Of a stretch of 64,000 nucleotides of DNA, positions 38,830-52,100 are shown one piece after another; the stretch's first letter is position 1; every line of letters begins with the position of its first letter. The translations under genes and the position numbers were made by a program. The notes beneath the pieces are model-generated. The model did no database searches, had not been told where the DNA came from, and worked only from the letters and a program-made list of their open reading frames with translations. Where the stretch lies: positions 50,902,001-50,966,000 of the forward strand of contig OZ296654.1 in NCBI GenBank assembly GCA_965655095.1, written 5' to 3'. Origin of the DNA: Haplodiscus bocki (Eukaryota).

Positions 38830-39683
38830 TTATGTTCGAAATTTTTTAAGAGCATTTAGATTTTGCTGTTTGTTTTGTATTTCACCTCTTCTATATATTT
38901 CATCTAATAAATTGCTTGCTTCTGTGAGAGTAACGGTTTGGCCCAATAATTTTCATCCCAGTAAGTTTTCGAATCTAGTGTAGATAGCAATTATGTTTGA
39001 AGGTAAGACAGTTTTTACTCCATGTCCTTCCAAATCAGATGTTTTCACACGTTTTTTAAAATTGGTTTTCGATTGTTCATTTCCACTTGACTTAGATTCA
39101 GCAGGTATTGCTTTATAGTTCTCAAAATCGAAACTTTGTAAAATATTGATAAATATTTCATTGTCTTTATCATTTGTTTTTTTCAGAGGTATGTTAGATG
39201 TATCGGTTATTACTTTTTGAATACCTCGAGTTATATTACTTTTTTTAACGTTGATTTCTACTTCTGTTCCACCTGATATTTTAACAGGATAGCCATTCCA
39301 CATCCATCCGTGTTCTCGGTCTCCAAATGTTCGAAAGAAACCAGTTTTCTTTTTTATATTCTTTAATGTATTTTCTAATTCTGCATCATTTGTCACACCT
39401 TCAATTTTTTTGACTGGTTGATGAGGTTGTGTGTGTTCAATAGCTGGTTGAGGTTTATTATTTTCACGTTGTGATTTTTCATTTACTTCTCCTAATTTTT
39501 GATTGGTTTCTTTTACTTCATATTTTTTTTAGTGTCAGATGATAAGCTTTCTGCTAATTTCACATCATGAGTTTGTCTTAAAATTCTTTTTTTAATTTTA
39601 GGAGCTCGTTGATTTTTCGGTTGTTCTCCTAAGTTTCTTAAATTATTTAAATCCTGTTCAGTTGCAATAGAATAAATATTCAT
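38830..39683 (-). pseudogene. Conserved Polinton (PZ/core-like) protein
   Basis: C-terminal LEGHG...LPSNIIAIYTRFENLLG...EASNLLDEIYRRGEI motif. Confidence 0.55.
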
Positions 39684-39692
39684 TTAGTTACT

Positions 39693-39851
39693 TTAAAACG
39701 TTGAGCTATCTGGTACGAATTTTGAATTTAATCCTAATCTATAACGTCCAGTATATTTATCTTTAGTCATATCAATAGTGAGTGGTCGATATTTTTCATT
39801 CCAACAAGTGCTAGTCAGGTAGTTGAACTCGTTGAGATTCATATCCATGGA
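39693..39851 (-). pseudogene. C-terminal fragment of the A32-like packaging ATPase
   Basis: MDMNLNEFNYLTSTCWNEKYRPLTIDMTKDKYTGRYRLG; Walker motifs absent. Confidence 0.7.
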
Positions 39852-41326
39852 AGATTATTTATCACATAACTTAAATGAAATTATTCATTCATTCATTCTA
39901 TTTGAAAACCAATTAATAAATGGATGATTTTTATGAATGTAATTAAAAGAGATCCAAAAGTACAAACAAAAATAAAAGATATGTTACAAAAAATTAATAG
40001 AGAACCTTTTAATTATCAATCAAAAATAGGATATGACACTTTGATTCAGACTGTTTTTCGCGAAAAAATGATAAAATCAATGGCTACTACAATAGTAGAT
40101 ATAGACGAAGAATTGAAAGTGAAAACTAGTAGAATAGATTATTTGGAAAGTAAAACAAAACATCATTGAAAATTTTATATTATAAATGGAAGAATGTATA
40201 ATCTGCCTAACTAAAATAAAAAGCTAAACAAAATTAAACATGAACAATCAGAAAAACATAGATCTTTCTCAAATCTGATTATAAAAAAATGCATTGTAAG
40301 AAAACCCGAAATTGATAAATTGAAAAATATCATTCAACCATGCAATAATAATCATGAAAAGAAGTTTGATAACTTTACTGTTTATGTTATGTGGAAGAAA
40401 AATGATGTACTTATAAATAATGTTTTTGTTCCGAGCACAATTACAATAGAGAAACCACATTTGTCTAAGTCAAGCATTATCGGATTGCCAATAGTAGTAA
40501 GAGTGTTGCCTTTGGATTTTCTAGATACTTTTGATAGGAATATAAGCAACGAAGTTGATGAAATAAAAACAATATCCATATCCGATCTTACAGATATTAC
40601 ATTTTTTCATTATATGGATCAACCGAAATCAATGCTTTGTAGAAAACTAGTAAAGAATTTTATTGAAAAAGACTTTGGGGATTTTGATTATAAGTGGTTT
40701 CCAAAAGGCTTTAGACACATAAATACTTAAGGTAAACTAATTTTTTAATGAGCTATCGAATGATATATCAAACGCTAAGCTGGCGTAAAATTTTATAGTC
40801 TCTACATGTTTAAGCAAAAAGGAGTTGAGTGCAAAAATATCACTGACGAAGTTTGATGTCTACTTAGACATTGAAAATTACGTAATTTTATACGAAATGA
40901 AAACAAAAAACATAGGCATGTGCATATAGACATACCTATGGTAAACTAGAAACCCATCGGGAATCCGTTGCCCTAGTAATTTCCACAGCAGGGATCAGAC
41001 TTTTCAAGAACTGTGCATTTGGTGATTATCCTCCTATGGCATGTGAGATATAACAAAGACGGTGAGACGTTGGCTACTCGTGAACCACAAACACGACGAC
41101 TATGCAATCAAGCACAGCCCTAACTTTAGTCAATGCTTTTACCACTAAGCCATAGGAGGCAAAATAGAAAGAGAGAAACTAGAATAAATATACATACTTT
41201 AAACATGTAGACATTACAAAAGTTTCAGATAAACCTACATTTGATAAACCTCTTGACTTAGAGATCACGGAATTTGAATATCACTATGATCAGACACACA
41301 CAGGTGAAATTATACCATGGAGTTAA
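39847..41326 (+). pseudogene. Three decayed plus-strand accessory ORFs
   Basis: ORF fragments 39924-40169 and 40320-40730, plus a disrupted frame ending GEIIPWS* at 41326. Confidence 0.55.
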
Positions 41327-41890
41327 TATTAAAAAATGGTTGTAAGAGTAAAAGAAAAATTTGAAAAGACTAGACATGTTAAAAACAAGGATAAATCTAA
41401 AAAATATAATTTACCAGGAGAAAGAGATGTGAGATATCATGATAGAATTCTATGTAATAAAAAGGAATCTTAAAATTTCACCACTAAGTAGTGTACAAAA
41501 AAGCATATGACTTCAGTTGCAAGGGATCGCACAATTTAACAAAAAATGAAGAAATAATTGATCCATAGCAGATTTATCCTACACAGGGTATTTGTTTATT
41601 TTAAATTATTTTTTATGTTATTCATACACATGATTGATATAGTATTATTTATAAATACACATAATTTTTTAATTTACCATGAGTTTATAATTTAACATAT
41701 TTTTATAAGTTCACTTAATTTTTATTATAACTTGTGGTACCACGTTGATAAGTAGTTATATTTTATTTTATGTTTTGTTTCGTAATTATACCCCTGTGTA
41801 GGGACTCTTCCATGGATTTTTTGTTTTTCTATTTTTTGTTAAATTGTGCGGCGTGCGCGGCTGGTGTCATATGCTTTTTTGTACACTACT
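41305..41890 (-). repeat. Right TIR of element 1
   Basis: Ends GTCATATGCTTTTTTGTACACTACT, the reverse complement of the left end. Confidence 0.92.
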
Positions 41891-44800
41891 AACGAGTTTC
41901 ATCAGAATTTTTTCTGATTCTCATTTGAACGGTCTCTCTTGCAGCTTCTTCATTGTTCTCTTTCTAAGTCGTTTTGTTCTGCTCTTAAGTAATCAATTGT
42001 TCTCCTCTCTCACTTTTCTCCCATTTCTGCAATTAATCTCGTCTGGACCCGAAAACTTGCTGCATAGGTGCATATTTAGTGATATTTTTCCTTCGTTTCT
42101 ACAAAAAGACATCCTTTTTAGGTAAGAATCCGTCAATAGACACCTTTGTTTGTTATCCACTCCTGTAACAGCAGACGTTTGTTTTAAATCTGTTGCTTTG
42201 GCACAACGGTTCGATCTAAGTTGCCGTCGAACATGAGTCAAACATCAAAAAGTGGTTATGTTGAAACGTCTTTTTGAATAGTTAGCTATAAACACCAAAC
42301 ATATTGTTCTCTTGTCCTGTAACAGTAAAACACTGCAAGCAAAATGGGTCATTTATTGTGAGTGGTCTCGGAGGTCAATTTTTTGAAAAATGGTGATCTT
42401 TCTCGCAGAACTTTTTTTTCGCTTGTTGTTGATCCTAACCTCAAAAAATCCCGACAAGTGTTCACTCTCAAATCTGATTGAGCTCTGTTTTCCGTCTTCA
42501 GTGGATCATTTTTCTTCATTTTCTTTTTTATAGTTTGTATGGGATTGAAATCTGTCCCATGTTTTAGTTGGACCTTTCGCTTCCGTTTATATTTGGTGGC
42601 ATGTTTTCCTAAACCATTGGTTTTTTTCCTTACCCTTCTTGTTGAAATTTTAAGAAAAAAACCACTTCTTTCTAATTCCTTTCAGCTTGATTTTTCATTA
42701 GAAGTGAACGAAGTTGAAAGAGAACATGATCACTTTTCAATTGTTTTTGGCCTTCAAATAACAAATATTCGTAGACATCAAAGAGGGACGTGTTCAAGAA
42801 GAACACGCTTGCTTGTTAATGATATTTTCAACACCACAAGACTTTTTTCCAAAACATAACTCCACATAATTGATTGTTTTCCACTAGCTCGTTAACATCA
42901 TGGCAGTTGTTTTTTTTTATTTTGGAAATCACACATACTATGTTAATGAAAATGAAAGTTTTGATCGAGTGATTTTTAGTCTGACAATGTTTCTCACTTT
43001 TCCCACATTAGTGCTGACGCCGATACTACGAAGAACATACCACCTCAATTCATTTAGCCCAAGAGGTCACAAGTTCAGTTTTTATCAACAAAAACATTTC
43101 CAGATCACACTGAAGTTTTTGCCGAAAATGAAGTGGCTCTCCATATAACGCAAACACAACCATTAGTTAGTCTCATAGAAACATTACTACTTTTTTTAAC
43201 TAAGAACACAATACCCTTCATTTCCCCTCTACTTACGAATTACAAGATCCTTGTTTGAATACTCCGGGAATGAAAACAAAAACTCCATTTGTTTCAGCAA
43301 CGTTGAAACAAACCTGACAGCTTAATTTAACCCACATTAGATCCATTGTTTCTACACCCGCATCTGCAGTTTCAGCCCAGTCTATAGCACAGCATTCACA
43401 TCGAAAATATGAAGTCTTTCCTTCCTTCTAAATACTCTTATAACATCTCCTCGGCAAAATGAAACTTCATACATACAACAACCTGCTCATTACATTCAGT
43501 CTAAAACCAATTCTTCCGCCAAACATTACCAACCAATTTTTACAGTCGACGCCTATTAAATCACATCCCACAAGTACAACTTTTTTTTGATTGTCCGTAA
43601 ATCTTTCGAACAGGTACTAATCTTCCATCATTCAAAAAAGACTCTTTCCTATCAATCTACCCTCCATGAACTAAAGCGACAACTCTAACTTCCGTCTCCA
43701 GATAACTACACAGAGAATCTTCATTTTTCGGTTCATCGAATTGAATATTTTGGGTTAAATCAAGGTCATCCTAACCTAAATCTGCAACCGTAAATTTTCT
43801 TGAATGAATTGAAAACTTTCCCACAGGTTTCACTTTCCTCTGGAAGTATTCAATTTATCAAAGAATTTGAAGATCAGTTTTTTCGATTCATCTGACGAAG
43901 ACTGTTTGAGACTATGAGTTGCCCCTGACCTCAAACGGTTGCTGTTGGCAAGTCTTCAAAAATTCAGAATTGGTTTTAAGAAGATTGCTTCATCAAAATG
44001 GGTCTTCACACGGTGAACCCCTTCAAAAGGATCCACTTTTTTATATTCGCGCAGTATTTTGACGAAAAGATATGCAGTTGAAGTTGATTTGGATCCTAAT
44101 ATTTTCAAATCAAATAATTGATCGATTATTTGAATCGTGACCCCTTGACCCATCAAACCTTCAGTCTCAGATGTAGCATGTGCAAATAAAATTTACAAAT
44201 CAGTGATATAATTAATGTAGGCTTGTGCACATGTTCTTTTCAGTGGAGAGACAACTGCTTTTATTGGATTTTCTGCTGGTGATGAGTTTTTTTCGTTTGT
44301 GTTTAATATGGTCCAATTTGACTTCCAATTTTTTTCACAGATGAATTGCCCTAGTTCTTTAACTTTTTAAAGGATGCAGGTTCAAAGTCACTAAATATTG
44401 GCAGAAACAGAAACTAAAAGAAAAAGTGATGATAAGTTAAACAACTATAAAATGTCATGCTTACTCAGGAAGGCTCAAAATTTTCAAAAAGTCCCGTTCC
44501 CAAACCTTTGGCAAAACTCTTACATGACGAGTAACTACTCTGCCAGAAAAAAATTCAAACTAAATTAAGGAAAATAAAGGCAACCCAACTAAAAGTTGGT
44601 AAAAGCGACTCGAGAAATCAAGATTTAAAAAGACGCAAAAACGCCTCCTGACCTTTGTCGTGACTCAAAATTTCCTTCAAACCCAGTAGAATGTGGTACT
44701 ACATAAATTTCATATACATATTCTCTGAAGTTTTCTAATAACACAAATATATCCATGTCATACTTACTTGCTCTAGACGTATCCTTCCTTCATCTTTCTT

Positions 44801-45315
44801 GCCTGCATTCACCAAATTCACCTTCCATAAACGTTATTTTGTGTAGTCTGAAGGAAACAGAACTATTACATTATTTGGTTGATTTAGTTTGGAAAAAGAC
44901 TAATTCTTTCAGATACTGCTGCACCAAGAAATTGGGTTATTCAAAGTAGAACTTTAATATTAAGACAAAATGAGTGTATTCCAACAAGCACATATTCTGT
45001 TTAGCATTTCATTACCATTCCCACTGCTTTGCGATGAGCTGGGCAGGCAAAGAAAACATTGTGGATTCATAAAGGCTGGAAAGCTAAGCCCGCGGCTCTT
45101 TTCTGCGATACCAGACAGAGAGGAAGACTAAAGACATTGACAACGTTTAATTCGTGAAAAATTCGAACTTTATCTTGAAACTTTATCATAATGAGCTTGG
45201 TGTTAGTAATTAAGATTTCTGGGAAACGTTTCTGCCAGTGAGCGAATTTCCACGCGCCAACAGGACCGTGCCGGAGCTTCTTTCAGCTGTTGACTTCAAG
45301 GGTTTAGAACTTACA

Positions 45316-47161
45316 GGTCGCGCGGGGGTTGCAGATTACTTTGCTTCAAATTTATATTGACAAATACTTGTCAACTTTCTTAGTGTGCGGCCATTACTGA
45401 TTAAACAAGCTTGAGTCTCAAAGTTGCCTTGCCGGCCCGCGAGAACAAAATAGAGCGTGAATTCGCTGGCAAGGACTTAGTGAACAGCTATGGAGTGGTT
45501 GAAAGATTTGTTAAGAATTTATTCAGAGCAAGCAGTTCTATTATATAAACCAAGAAAGTTATGGCTTCAATTTTAATACTCGTTATGTCAAGCTTGGTTA
45601 ACATAGGGGACGGTACTGGTTTAGGCACATAAAATTTGGTTCAAATTTCACTCTATTCCAACATTATTCAAAGTAAGGAATTTAGCAGTTTTACCACTTT
45701 AGAGCTATTTGAACTAGATTATAAACACCTAACAATTTTATTTCAGAATGAAACTTCTAGTTTTTTTCAACTATATTTTAAGGAAGATAGAAAACATTGT
45801 TGCACGCGCTTTTAATTGTCGCGAAAGTAAAATACTAAATTAACGGTAGCTCCAGTAACCAAAAGTAATAACTTTTCTAACCTTGTAGGAGATGAGTTGC
45901 CATTGAGCACCATCGATTTGCATTAAGTCTGTTCTAGAACGGGGAGTAAATTCACCCGTCTTTTCTAGTAGTTTTTTTAAAAGTGTTCCTCTAAATCAGT
46001 TTGAGCTAAGACTAGGTAATTCGCGTAACGAATCAACCTAGCAATTTCTCTTAGGCCAGTACTTCGTTGTCAACCCGTAGAGTAAAATTTAGGGATTTTG
46101 TGACCGCTGGCTCAGTTCCGATCGGAAGTTTGGGTTAGTAACTAAGACACGGTAACTCGCTTTATGGCGTAGCAACCGTGCGATTCCTCCTAGGTTCAGG
46201 CAATTACCATCGGATAAAACCAAATGGACCTGAGTCTGATCGAAACAGGGTTAGTAAGTAATTTTAGCTAAGACTCAGCATTTTTTCACTTTAATGGAAG
46301 CAGCCAATAAAGGCACAATCCCAAATGGAAGGACCACTGAGCGATTTCTCTTAGGTATCGGGAAAATTTAATAATTGAGCTCTTGTTCAGAGCAATCTTC
46401 GTAGCAACACTTATTCAGAGTATCTGCTTACGGTACCCGATATTAATTAACTAAGTTTTCTGGCGAGATGTAATCTACCAGGGTTAGTTATTTTCGATAC
46501 TAACAGTTTGTTCAATAACTTCAGTATATATTGGTGCACTGTTTGCATTTCTTTCCTTTTGGTCTTTGAATAGTAGTTTCCGCCTTTGAATAGTAGGGAT
46601 ATTCCAAAGTCGAAGAGCTTTTTGGTCAAAATTGAAGAAATTTGGAATTTGGTCCGAATTTCTCAATTTTCTGAAGTTTCGAAGATTTTAAAGAAAGAGT
46701 TAGAATTTTAAGTTTTTTTCTGTTTTGGAGGTGGTGGTTGACGGTAGGCGATCAGGAAAATTATGATCTTTCGTGTTGGCCGCCGGCGCTCAATCTTTCC
46801 GAGCTCTCGTACTTTTCAAGGTTATGAGCAAGTACGGTAAGCCTTCCGCCAAGGAGCACCAATTATGGTGATCCGTGAAAAAGCGTCAAAAAATGAAGGA
46901 AGGAGTGCCGTGCGTGAAGCTATAAAATCAAACTCCGAGAACAGTGGGGTAACAATTAGAAAAGCTTCGTTGATATCCGTCTGAGGCATGGCAACGAAAT
47001 TTTGAAGTTTCAAAATGTGCAATTCCAACTTTGTTACCGCTCTCCAACAACTGTCGCTCCAAACGTTAGGTTGCTATTATTACTTCTATTATGTCATTTC
47101 TAAATTTAGAACTAGCACTGTTCAGCCTTATGGCCTGTTTAGCGTTATGGCTAACTCGACA
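45316..47161. mobile_element. Probable solo LTR (LTR-2), 1.85 kb
   Basis: Interrupts a dispersed repeat; imperfect terminal IR GGTCGCG / CTCGACA; the minus strand starts TG and has AATAAA near its 3-prime end; TSD ambiguous (CAGG/GAGG). Confidence 0.55.
46004..46488. ncRNA. Three tandem candidate structured-RNA modules (CTAAGA / CRATTYC / TCYTAG ... GGGTTAGT)
   Basis: Fixed motifs with different but complementary inner stems in each copy. Confidence 0.65.
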
Positions 47162-48699
47162 GAGGTTACCCCTAAGGATTACGTCATGTTATTGGTCCAC
47201 TTGATCGCGTCCCCTTCCTCTCTGGAACCTGACACGAGTAGTCGAACACCACAGTTGCAAACGGTCCGGGCAACTGACATTTTTCCGTGGTCCAGAACTG
47301 GATTGTCTGTCAACTGCAGTCATGTTAACAGATATTGTAGCAGGTTCCTATCACAAAGCCTTCCTCCAATATTCAGCTTTTGCTTGGCTCATTACGCTTG
47401 TACATGTAACACTCCACTACATCTACTCTGACTATGATCCAAATTTTGCTGGCCAAATCAAGCTTTTTGTTACTCATGCGAGCCGAATTGATACGAATGG
47501 TCTTTTTTGGAAAATGTCCCCCCCCCCATTAAAAAAGGATATTTTGTTGCTTCACTGAACAAAAAGTCAGCTTAATATCTCATTTAAGAATTTTCGCATT
47601 TTCCTTTCATTTCAGTGCCTAATATAGACTACGAAAATACAAAAGCATATGTTTGATAAGTGCTTGAGACTTGAAAATTTTGTTTAAATTTGTTATTTTT
47701 TGGTTCTCAAAAGTGAGCGAAAGCATTGCACTTTTTCTTTATATTTTGGATTCCCGCATTTTTGTTTCGAAACTTTCGAGCTACTAATCCAGACCAAATT
47801 AATACAAGAATGAAGTTTTCGTTTTTTTAATGTTTTTTGACAGTGTTGTTAATACAAAGATGAACAGCCAGATTGTGCAATAAATCAAGCTCATTAGAAC
47901 AAAAGGCGAAACACATCAACCACTTTACGGGAGCGTACAGAATGTAAAAACTTCAGAAACACCATAAATTTTCAGAAGACGAAAAGCTCCCCCTAGGAGT
48001 AAATTATGCTTTAGGGCGACACCAATTTGGGCTTTCATTAAGTTTGAGGGTTTCCAAGTTACTTTTTTGGGCTACACATTTACAAAATTTAGGCATATTT
48101 CAATGCAAAAAGTTTCACATTATCCCAGAACTGAGTTTTTTTTCGATTCTAATTTGCAATTTTTTCAGGCGAGGAACTTGAAAAATGCCTTCGAGTTTTT
48201 TAACCACGTATCTAGCTATTAAATTCATATTATCTAATTTTCTTTGCTTCAGGCTCGAGAATATATTGTAGGAATAAAAATGGTACCGCATGGTGCTTGT
48301 ATCCCACGTGATTAATATTTTTTCGCCAATCGCAGCACAGTTTTGTTACAAAAAGGATTCTGAACTGCCTCTTGCATATACCACTCTGAAATTGCACAGC
48401 ATAGCAAAATGAGCTTTTTTTTTACAAAAATTGCCGTAAAAATTTCCGGGTAGCTCAGTCCTAATCAAGGTAATTGCTTCTTGTCTACCATCTCTCGAAA
48501 ATGCAACAATTGTCAAAGTAAGTTTACAGTGTCAAAGTCGAGGCAATTAAAGTACAAAAATACCCAAAGATAGCTAAAAATACAAACTGATTAATCATTT
48601 GAATTATTGATGGAGAAAAGCTGTGACTCAATTAATTGCAAGTTGGGGGGGGGGGGCTGCGCGTAATTCGCTAGGGGTAGATACTGGAAACCAACCGCT

Positions 48700-49150
48700 G
48701 TTCCAGAGGAGAAGACGAATGGATCACGTGGATTGGAAATATGACGTGATTCTTTTGCCCAACCCATAGTTCCTAGAGTCCTAGAGACCTGAAGTCACCA
48801 TGTAAAAGTGAATTCGGCAATAAATTCGTGCACAAGCTGAAAATGTAATTTCTCAAAAAAAAATCAATTAATGATATTAAATCCCTAAATGAAAAAATTT
48901 TCTGGGTTGAGTCTAAGTCATCCCTTGTCTGTTCTGGTGAACCGCTCTCTGTTTTTAAGCTTTTCTGTCGATGGTGTCGGGGAAAAGGGGCGCATGTAAT
49001 GAATTTCCCGCCTTCATGATGTCGTTTTGCTCATTTGCTTGTCGCCCAACATGTCGCCAATGTTCGACTTTGACTACTACGAATTTCCTAACTAATATGA
49101 AACTCATAAACTTTTCAACTCATATTGCAAAGGCTTAGCCTAAGGTCTCC
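48700..49150 (+). repeat. Dispersed repeat, GGTTCCAGAG family
   Basis: Shares GTTCCAGAG, ATGACGTGA, GATGGTRTCG...AAGGGGCGC and AGGTCTCC with 56428-56880. Confidence 0.7.
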
Positions 49151-52100
49151 AATACAGGTCATACTTTGATCCAGTTCATAATTTGCATCGAATCTTAATT
49201 GGAATCACACTGGATTATGGTTTTTTTAAGACTTTAATGTAATAGTAGTCTAATATAAAACATTGCATAGATCGCCATGAATGACTTAGTATAAATTCCA
49301 TGTTTTTGTATCCTGGTCAGCCTGGGGAACCATAGTATTCGTTTCTCCCAATTAAAAAAATGAGTGTGCTCAAAAAAGTCCTAAATTGATGTTAGCTTTT
49401 CTCAATACAAACGAAAAGCACTTTTTTCAGTATGGAATGAGTATGAGACTGTAGCTGAGAACCAAGTGCAATCCGGTGTTCATAACTGCTAGATTGGGAA
49501 AACGCGAAACAAGAGGCTAAACAAGAAAAGCAACTTTGATCAATCTGACAAATTTGCAACAGTTTTCGTGAATTTTTAACTTGCAGTAATTGTCTGCTTG
49601 TGGCGTCATAAATTCTAAAGAAGAAATATTAGTAGTAAAGAATGAGGGAGGGGGGGGGGGGGTTATCGCACAGTTTCACCCTCCCTACTAAAAAATTATC
49701 AAACTATCGAAATTCAGCTGGTTTATTCTACATTTTTAATACACTGCGATTGCTCAGTTTTGCTTCATGACAACTTTGACAACTTGTCAAACACTGATGC
49801 CAAAAGTTCGCTCCCACCTCAACTATCGGATGTAATTGGCAACTTTCATGAAAATTTTATCTTATTCTCAAAATAAATCAACCTCTCATTGAGCTACATG
49901 CCATGCTAGAATGCATTCGACCCACAGAAATTGATTGAATATGTCACTTTTATAAAATTGTTCTATATTTTTTTCCAAAAAACGCTGCTCCACATCAAAA
50001 CACTGCACTTCAAGGAAACCTGCGAAACAAGAGAAACCATAACGCCTTCCTCCTCATCTTTAAAGTACTAGGTTTTTGAGGGGTTGTCGGGTTGTTCTGT
50101 TTCTCACAACCATCAAAACTGACAATTCTACTTTTCCGACCATCAAATTCAGCAAAACTTTGAGATGATCGATTGAGTACCATCATTTACAATGTTTCGT
50201 CAAGCAAAAAAGAAATAAAGTACCGAAAATTCTTTATATCCATTTTCAAATATCAAAAGATTCCGTATGTAGATTGAGAACCGGTAAAATGTAGGTTGTT
50301 GAAAAAACGTACATCAATTTTGGTGGTCTGCAAAGGTATACAATTAGTATTCAATTTGAAAATGTTGAAAGGTTCTTTGACCAAGTAATGCACCAAGTGC
50401 AATCGGAAAAGACCGCGAAATTCAACCGAAAGTTTTTAACGATTAGGCCGTAGTTTGCTACTGCAGGAAACAGAAACTTGTAATTTGAGTTGTCAATAAT
50501 CTGGGCGAGTCATTGAACATCGAACCCTACAGACACGGATACCTTAACTACGTTGGTACTTTCCATTTACCATGGCAATATGCTGCACTCTTTTTCGTAG
50601 TAATTTTTGCAACCTCAAACTCTCTGTGAAAGATGAAAGCCCAGTACTCTAGAGCTAACAGAGAGCGAAGCAAGCGTTTGGCAGTGCCTTAAGTGGATCA
50701 TCTAACATTCACTACGGGACGGTTTTTGCCATATTCTGAGCTACAGCGCATCAAACTTGAGAGCAACCCTATTATCCCTAGGCCACACCGAGTTTCACGC
50801 GGTTCTGCTTTTGGAGTTTATTGTAATTTTTTACATTGGTAATTTTTGTACAAAGAAGCAGATCCCATTTTTAGTTCCACGGATGTGGAGCCAATTTCGG
50901 GCTTAGATGTTAACAAAGTCATTCGTGAATTGGAAGAAATTGAGAAACTTTCAGAAAGCATTCTGATTTTGTTAAGCATCAAAGGGCGATTCAAATTTTT
51001 AGGCGAGGCAGCGAATGGATCCTATGACGATTAGTTTGCGACGCCATTTGCCAGCCTCTGAACTGGAGTGTCTCCACTTAAAGAACAATCCATTGTACTA
51101 GGCAACATCAAATTTCACGAAATTATACGTTTGCAGATCGGATTGGAGCTTTATTCTATGCACGGGGAACAGTTTGAGAGAAAAAACAAAAATCATTAAG
51201 TCTTGGTGCTTCAAGTGAGCGAGTGGGCACTCACAAAAATGTAACTCGTTTTAATACAGCATGACATCTTCGTCTCCGATTCTTGTCAGTTTTATAAGGT
51301 TACAGCAGCATTTCTGCGATTTTGCATAGATGCTCTGTGAGTGGTGACTCTGAAACTTTACGAAAATAATGTGCGTTCCATTGACGAAGTATTTTTCCCA
51401 GAAGCGTTGTATCAGTGGCTGCATAAACTGCAAGTAACTTTGCCTGCTTATGGTTGTGGGTGGAAAATTGAATATGTGTCTTGAAACTAAGTATGCAGCG
51501 TGGCGCAAACGTTTGAGCCTGCAACAACTTCCTCGTAGTCCTTTTCGTTGTAACCGAGGCTCCTTGCAGCCACCTGGATTTCAGTATCATTTGTATTTCC
51601 AACTCTTTTGAGAATTTCAGCTATTTCTTATTCTAAGGTTCACTAAAACGGGACTACACTACCATCAAAAGCAGTCAAATTCAGTAGTCATCCTTTGGGT
51701 TTACATCAAGAATCTCAATTTTAGTTACTCTAATGCATCAATCAAAAGTCGTTAAAGTGGAAACAACGATTGATGATTGATGACAAGTTTTACAGTCAAG
51801 CACACTCGGCAGATGCTGGTAGATAACTGTGACATGGAGATCCAGAATCAGGATTGGGACTGAGCCAATTTTGCTTTTCATCAAGGCTCGGAAACAGCAT
51901 TGCATTTAAAAAACGACTCAATGATTCTAACAGTAATGTATGGAATGTCACGACAGATCGCAGTAGGGCGATCGATATAATTAGCAAAAGTGTCTCAACG
52001 GGTTTTTTGTACCGCCTAAATGACTCGTTTTTTTTCAATTCATCAAACCTCCGGAGATTGATCCAGAAAGTTTCTTTCAGTTTGAAACAAAACATGGAAT

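Larger units (their letters stand above)
27094..41890 (-). mobile_element. Maverick/Polinton (adintovirus-like) element 1, 14.8 kb, decayed
   Basis: AGTAGT...ACTACT termini, ~590-bp TIRs, 6-bp TSD AAAGAG (27088-27093) / AACGAG (41891-41896); pPolB, integrase, protease, capsid and ATPase remnants. Confidence 0.96.
45020..47230 (-). repeat. Dispersed repeat copy (GGTTCCAGAG family) split by the 45316-47161 insertion
   Basis: Reverse complement of 47230-47162 joined to 45315-45020 aligns by eye with 48700-49050 and 56428-56780. Confidence 0.7.

Noticed and set aside
46004-46488. CRISPR array or hammerhead ribozymes
   Set aside because: Repeats are split short motifs with self-complementary, variable-length interiors and no cas genes. 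CTGATCGAAAC occurs once and lacks the CUGAnGA core and stem II.
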